From an uncultured virus (IMG/VR IMGVR_UViG_3300020531_000001) (taxonomy: Duplodnaviria > Heunggongvirae > Uroviricota > Caudoviricetes), in the IMG/VR virus record IMGVR_UViG_3300020531_000001, positions 62,001 to 126,000 of that record: a stretch of 64,000 nucleotides of DNA; one strand, written 5' to 3'. The position numbers and the translations under genes are program-made. The notes beneath the pieces were generated by a model that saw only the letters and a list, made by a program, of their open reading frames with translations, was not told the origin of the DNA and made no database searches. Of the stretch, positions 58,596 through 64,000 are shown piece after piece (positions within the stretch are counted from its first letter, which is position 1; each line of letters opens with the position of its first letter).

Positions 58596-59711
58596 TTAAC
58601 TTGCTACGATAGTTTTTCCAAGGGTGGATACATGAGCCATTCCATTATCAACTCTGACTTGTTCAACCGAATAAGGTTGAATGCCATTACATTCATCTAA
58701 TCCAACAATACTAAAGCCATTCTGCCAATTAGGAGCAGATGCATAGACAGGCTTAAGATCACATGCACAAGCGTTCTCCCAAGCATAAACCTGTGTATCT
58801 GGACGCTTACCAATACCAGGAATTCTTTGCGCTGTAGCGCCAAATCTATGGGTATGGTTATGCATCAATGAGATGTTAAACTTATCAAGCATACCTCTAG
58901 CTGAATATCCACCATTCTTACGAACAACATCACCATGCATGATAACAAAGTCATCAGTCAAATTAACATAATCTACCAGATTTACATGTTTATTATATTC
59001 ACCTAAAAATATTTCTTCATATGAGAGTCTTTCTCTAATTTCTGGTAAACATCCAAGTTCACCGATTCTTTCAGATAGATAGCGCCACCAACGACCATTA
59101 ACATCGTTACCGCTATGATTAGCATTTACTTCATAAATTGTAGTATCTTCTGGTGATAAACTTATAAGTTCCTTTAAGAAAGATTGATACGCTACTCTTT
59201 CATCAAGCAATGAATATTGATGACGAATGTCTTTTGAATAACGAGACACTGCAAAAAGATCAAGAGTGTCGCCATTTAAAACAATAGTTTTCGGTCTTAA
59301 TTCTGCGACTACTTCAAAAAACACATCAAGTGTTTTTGGGCAGTGTTTTGGAAAATGCATATCTCCAATAACCAATGCATAATTTTCAGATGACTTACTG
59401 TATGCTGTGGATTGTGGAACTGTTACATTGATGGGAGCTAATTGTTCCAAGAAAGAAAATACCTCATCTTCTGTCTTTTTAAATCTTGTTGGTTTTTCTC
59501 TTTGAAGATTCTCATTTATATGTCCTTGAACTTCATTATCACTACCTGACTCGAAATTGAAAAAGTCGGTATCATAATTTGATTGAGATTGTTTTTCATA
59601 AGCTTTGACCCAATCAAAAGCTGTTGAACGAGGAACGCCAAAGGTTCTTTGAATTTCATTAAATGACATTCCGTCTCGTTTGGCTTGGATTACTTGTTGT
59701 TTTATATTCAT
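58596..59711 (-). CDS. HTH plus calcineurin-like metallophosphoesterase
   Basis: GMSFNEIQRTFGVPRST; GDMH, NGDTLD, ANH, HGD, HNHTH. Confidence 0.8.
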   Translation of the reverse strand: MNIKQQVIQAKRDGMSFNEIQRTFGVPRSTAFDWVKAYEKQSQSNYDTDFFNFESGSDNEVQGHINENLQREKPTRFKKTEDEVFSFLEQLAPINVTVPQSTAYSKSSENYALVIGDMHFPKHCPKTLDVFFEVVAELRPKTIVLNGDTLDLFAVSRYSKDIRHQYSLLDERVAYQSFLKELISLSPEDTTIYEVNANHSGNDVNGRWWRYLSERIGELGCLPEIRERLSYEEIFLGEYNKHVNLVDYVNLTDDFVIMHGDVVRKNGGYSARGMLDKFNISLMHNHTHRFGATAQRIPGIGKRPDTQVYAWENACACDLKPVYASAPNWQNGFSIVGLDECNGIQPYSVEQVRVDNGMAHVSTLGKTIVAS

Positions 59712-60467
59712 GCTTGTTGTTTGTTAAAAAATTCTTTAAATGATTGTTTAAATTTATTTATATCTTCTTGAGTAGCAGTTTCTAATTCTCTTTCTGCTTC
59801 TTCATATGTATCATGATTTGAAACAAAGTCAACTTTACCATTTCCAACATTATAAAGAATGTCATAGGTATTATCATCAGATCGTCTAACAATTCTAAAT
59901 CTACTTTTTCGAGGAATCATATGAATTATTTATTGAGGTGACATCAACATACTTTAATCCAAATCCGCAATCGTCTACGAGATAGTTTATTGCTTTGTAA
60001 GCATCGGTTGGAAAAAATCCAATTTTTGGGTAGAGTACATACAGGTCATTTGAAACATTTATGTTATGTTCCTTTAGTAAAGTTATAGCTTCTTCTTTGT
60101 TTTTGAAGTTCACTTATCTGACTATTTAACCAATATAATTTGATATTAGTTAAGCCATGTGAATCTTTTTTTAAAATTCAGTTTTCCAATTAAGTTTAGA
60201 AGATTTGCAAGAAATATTAATATCATCACGATCTTCAAGATCACTGATGTCATATTCTATCTCATCAAGCCATTCATTATATTCACAAGTTTCGAATACT
60301 TCTTTTATAATAGTTTCATCAAAAGTTTGATGGAAAAGTATTGTTTTGAATGTTTCAATCCAATCTTCAATATTGGCATCTGGACCGAGTGTCAAATGAA
60401 TGGTTTTATCTGGACGAAATCCACCTTCGATAGTTATTTTAATTGGTTCTGTTTTCATATAATTCAT
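59708..60467 (-). CDS. Three small hypothetical proteins
   Basis: 59708-59920, 59901-60113, 60171-~60467. Confidence 0.55.
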
Positions 60468-60471
60468 AATA

Positions 60472-61149
60472 TTAAAATTTCCAAGCTTGTATTGTATGTT
60501 TAAATGGTTCACCTTCAATATTTTTTACAAGTTCAAGCATCTTCTCAGCAATCTCTCTAATTTCTTTTTGTGCATGCTCAGAGTTACGAAGCTTCAAAAA
60601 GTTTGCAAAACTTCTCATATTAAATTGTACATCAGCTTGAATTTGAGAATTGTAAGTTTTAAAAAATCGTGCGCTTTCTTTTGCACGTTTACGACCAAGA
60701 ATGGGTGTAAGTTCCTCTAGACACTGATGATAATACTTATTGCCCATTTTTGTATACTCTTCAAGAACTCCTGCCCAACTATAAACAGATATAGATTCAT
60801 GTGAATTGCCAGCACAACCATCTTCATCTGCATTGTCTAATGCAATCCAATCAGTAGGAATGTAATACTTATCATCATTCAATTCTTTGTATCGGGCTGA
60901 TTCAGCATTAATACTAGCAATGCGATGCTTGAGCAGGTGAATATGAGCGCTAACATCGGTATCAACAAGAAAATGCACACTACCTTTTTCAAAGGGTGTT
61001 TCGTGACCGTTAGACCAGAGCATGTCGATGAGTTTAGGAATGCGCGATTTCTTTTCATCATTTAATTCTCTTGATGTGCTTGTCCATGCACTACATGCAA
61101 TAATTTCGTCTGAACCATAATGTCCAATTAGTTCTACTTTATTTATCAT
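60472..61149 (-). CDS. thyX: Flavin-dependent thymidylate synthase
   Basis: GHETPFE, LKHRIASINAESARY, ESARF, NMRSFANFLKLR...AQKEIR. Confidence 0.92.
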   Translation of the reverse strand: MINKVELIGHYGSDEIIACSAWTSTSRELNDEKKSRIPKLIDMLWSNGHETPFEKGSVHFLVDTDVSAHIHLLKHRIASINAESARYKELNDDKYYIPTDWIALDNADEDGCAGNSHESISVYSWAGVLEEYTKMGNKYYHQCLEELTPILGRKRAKESARFFKTYNSQIQADVQFNMRSFANFLKLRNSEHAQKEIREIAEKMLELVKNIEGEPFKHTIQAWKF

Positions 61150-61153
61150 AATA

Positions 61154-61988
61154 TTAGTAATCTTTTTTGTATTCAAGATTTTGAATTTCTGCTAAATGAT
61201 CAACGAGATTTGCTAATTCTTGGTCATTTAGAATAGTCATATCAGTGTAAGGTTTTCCTCTTAAAGTCATCCACGCTTGTTTGATTCTGAAAAGAAAACC
61301 AATAGAAATATCATATTGAAAATGAGCGAACTCTGTTCCAAAATCTGGATCATGACTCACATAAAGTCCCCCATGTCCGCAATCGCATTTAAAAAATTTA
61401 CCATTCATATGTGTTTTTATATTCTAGTTTTTTATTTGTCATCGTCGTATTTTTCAAAAATAATAAGAGCGGCAATTGCAAAAATAATCATTGAAACGCT
61501 GTATAAAATAATTGATATTTCACTCATCATAATCGTATCCTATTTTATGAGTCTCGATCCAGCGATAATTTCTTTTATCACCTACACGCTCAATAGTCAT
61601 ATGACCATTTTCATATGCTTCACGATGTGTTTCATTAACACCCATCCAAAAACCAGCAATCATACACAAAGCTGTATGAATGACCAATAAAATTACAACG
61701 ATAATATTCATAATTTAAGAATTCATTACCTTCAATAAATCTCTTCTATTTTCAACAGAAAATTCTTCATCACCAATCTTTACTTGCATTCCTCTTTCTC
61801 CCATATCATTATCATAAATATACCACATAATCCAACCATCTGGATCAACAATATCTACTGTATCTTCAAATGCTTTCCAAACTGTATTGTAAAATGAACC
61901 ATTAATATCCATAAACCCCGCATCATGTGCTTTGTCCATTACTTTTTTCAAAGCAATATATGAATCTAAAATTTTATTTAGTTCTTCA
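61154..61988 (-). CDS. Small hypothetical proteins
   Basis: 61154-61408, 61520-61711, and an ORF ending at 61715. Confidence 0.55.
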
Positions 61989-62004
61989 ATAGTAAGTTGT
62001 TTGT

Positions 62005-62676
62005 TCATCTTATTTCTTTGATTTCTAGTTCGTCTAATATTGTACTCACACATCCATCAAAGTCAACTACAGAATACTGATGAAAATGACCGCAATAGTG
62101 ACGAGATGCTCCACAAAGTTTGATTAACACATCATGATCTTTGCGTTCTTGTAAACACTCATCCCAAAGTGTTTCATCACGATCACACCAACTAGAAATT
62201 CCATCTTTGTCAAATGAACCACTCCATGTAGGTGCGCTATGTGTTACAAGTATATCACAACGCTTTATTTTAGAATGATCTAAAACAAACTTTTCATCTT
62301 TCCAGTATGAGATACCTTCTGTTCGCATACGACGATCAACGCTAACTGCCCCACCAACAAAACCAAACTTTTTGTCGTTTAGCGTTAGATAAGTATAATC
62401 GGACAATAGTTTAAAATTACTCATGCTTACTCTTCCATCAAAATAAGATGGATCATCATGATTGCCACGAATGCCAATAAAGTCAATGCCCTTGCCACCA
62501 AAAAAACTATTGATATAGTCAAACTGACGAGATTGTTGTTTGTCAAGTTTAAATCCAATACCCAAATCGCCCACACCAATCAGTGTGAAGTTACGAATTT
62601 CTGATGCTTTAATTTTTAAGAAAAGCTGATCCCATTTGCCATGGATGTCTCCTACTATATAAATTGGTTTGTTCAT
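62005..62676 (-). CDS. Metallophosphoesterase
   Basis: GDIHG, GDLG, RGNHD, GGAVSVD, THSAP, CGHFH. Confidence 0.88.
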   Translation of the reverse strand: MNKPIYIVGDIHGKWDQLFLKIKASEIRNFTLIGVGDLGIGFKLDKQQSRQFDYINSFFGGKGIDFIGIRGNHDDPSYFDGRVSMSNFKLLSDYTYLTLNDKKFGFVGGAVSVDRRMRTEGISYWKDEKFVLDHSKIKRCDILVTHSAPTWSGSFDKDGISSWCDRDETLWDECLQERKDHDVLIKLCGASRHYCGHFHQYSVVDFDGCVSTILDELEIKEIR

Positions 62677-63278
62677 AATTGACTGCATATTTTCTCGTGT
62701 CTTTTTTTAAGTTTGTCGTTATAGTTATTAGGATCTAAGTAAAAATCTAATGAATGCAATTGTGTTGATGAAAGTTTTCTAAGAGCTGGAGAGTATGGAG
62801 ATTTACTATTTTTAGTCCATGATCTTAATTTTTCAACAGTATGATAAAAGAATAGATAGCAGTTTGCGCCTCGTGTGTAGTTATCGACATCAATATCAAG
62901 TTTATATTTTTTGATAGTTTGAAGTGCAATACACTCACAATGCCATTCCAATTCTATAGCATCCTTTACTGCCTGAGATACTATCTTTTTAGAGTATCTC
63001 TTACCATCAAGCCAGTTGAACAAAATGTCACATCCTTTCACTTTTGAATTAAAGAATTTACGATGATGTTTCCATTGTAAGTAATGAGAATATTCATGCA
63101 CAAATATTTCAAATGCACAGTCGCGTTTCATTGCGACTACAAATTCTTTTTGATCTTTATTATCATCAAACCAACCACCATATTTACCATCTATAGCTCT
63201 TGTCATAATAAGCTTTATTGAAAAGCCGTCATCGAGCAATTCATTTACTGCTTTTGCTATAAAGGTATTTTTATCCAT
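62673..63278 (-). CDS. HExxH metallopeptidase-like protein
   Basis: FVHEYSHYLQW...ELEWHCE. Confidence 0.6.
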   Translation of the reverse strand: MDKNTFIAKAVNELLDDGFSIKLIMTRAIDGKYGGWFDDNKDQKEFVVAMKRDCAFEIFVHEYSHYLQWKHHRKFFNSKVKGCDILFNWLDGKRYSKKIVSQAVKDAIELEWHCECIALQTIKKYKLDIDVDNYTRGANCYLFFYHTVEKLRSWTKNSKSPYSPALRKLSSTQLHSLDFYLDPNNYNDKLKKRHEKICSQL

Positions 63279-63293
63279 ATTCTAAGAATGGTT

Positions 63294-63701
63294 TTATTCT
63301 TGTATATTACTTAAATATTCTGCGTAATAGACCCTATTATAATTACGTTTTCTAGAGTTTTCTGTTTCTTGTGCAATTTTTAGTGGTTCAGTAATATACT
63401 CACGTACTCTAAAACTTCCAACATTATCATAGGTCCATAGCATATTTTTTCCAATTGGATACATATACGCTACTACCGCATGACCATAATCCTTTCCATC
63501 AATATTACTCTTATAACGATAAAGAAGAACCTCACTCCATTTTACTTTTTTACCAAGTGATTCTTTAAATGTGATAGCAGTTGGCAAGCATGAATTTGGC
63601 ATTGATTGCATCACTTTCCATTCTGGGTTTTGAGGAGTACGTGTAAATATTTCGCATGAAGCTAATAAACAAGTGAAAGTAATTATTAATATTGTTTTCA
63701 T
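63294..63701 (-). CDS. Lipoprotein with transglutaminase/papain-like Cys-His-Asp triad
   Basis: Lipobox LASC; NSCLPTA, GHAVVAY, LWTYD. Confidence 0.6.
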   Translation of the reverse strand: MKTILIITFTCLLASCEIFTRTPQNPEWKVMQSMPNSCLPTAITFKESLGKKVKWSEVLLYRYKSNIDGKDYGHAVVAYMYPIGKNMLWTYDNVGSFRVREYITEPLKIAQETENSRKRNYNRVYYAEYLSNIQE

Positions 63702-63713
63702 AATTTTATATAT

Positions 63714-64000
63714 CTATATATCTTCTTTACACGGTTTATAACCTGCTTTCTGCGCTTCCTCATCACACAATGTAGTATACCACGATCCGCGCTTGCATAG
63801 TTGTCCACACTTTCCAGTATATTGGCAAGTAAGTGAAGAAAGATGTTCGGCATAACGAACCATACCTTTTACAACATCATTGCCACCATCATAATAGACA
63901 CGTAGAGTGCCAAACTTTTCTTTGTATTGAGCAATCGTTACAGAAGGTGGAGAGACTCCAATATAAAGATCTAGACGATTAAAAAGAATTTTATCAATTG
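63714..64000 (-). CDS. 3' part of a hypothetical phage protein (KEKFG motif), truncated by the window
   Basis: ...QYKEKFGTLRVYYDGG...TCQYTGKCG...WYTTLCDE...EDI*. Confidence 0.7.
   Translation of the reverse strand, partial: IDKILFNRLDLYIGVSPPSVTIAQYKEKFGTLRVYYDGGNDVVKGMVRYAEHLSSLTCQYTGKCGQLCKRGSWYTTLCDEEAQKAGYKPCKEDI

Overview
This 64-kb window is from a large, AT-rich, T4-like tailed phage (standard genetic code). The host is probably Gram-negative, inferred from a spanin pair and an outer-membrane beta-barrel gene. Bases 1-23.7 kb are a mostly late region: the probable major-capsid 3' end, a homing endonuclease, a split gp5-like hub/spike, nrdAB-clpP, glycosyltransferases, a lysis cassette, a porin, and putative head-packaged effectors sharing an N-terminal leader. 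Most of these genes have TAAATA 5-9 nt before the start codon. After an A-tract repeat at 23.7-23.9 kb comes a mostly minus-strand early/middle region of about 44 'promoter + leaderless gene' units with a non-canonical motif (CTAATAAAAAACTAGAwTAyrmT). It also holds rIIA/B, a helicase, uvsE, thyX and a RadA-like ATPase. Embedded is an RNA-gene island (37.5-47.5 kb): 9 tRNAs, a degenerate tRNA, tilS with a matching intron-containing tRNA-Ile2(CAU), a tmRNA with a related group I intron in its T-loop and a 26-codon tag, an rrn-like promoter/boxA leader, and several unexplained structured RNAs. All calls come from reading motifs by eye; no database searches or folding programs were run.
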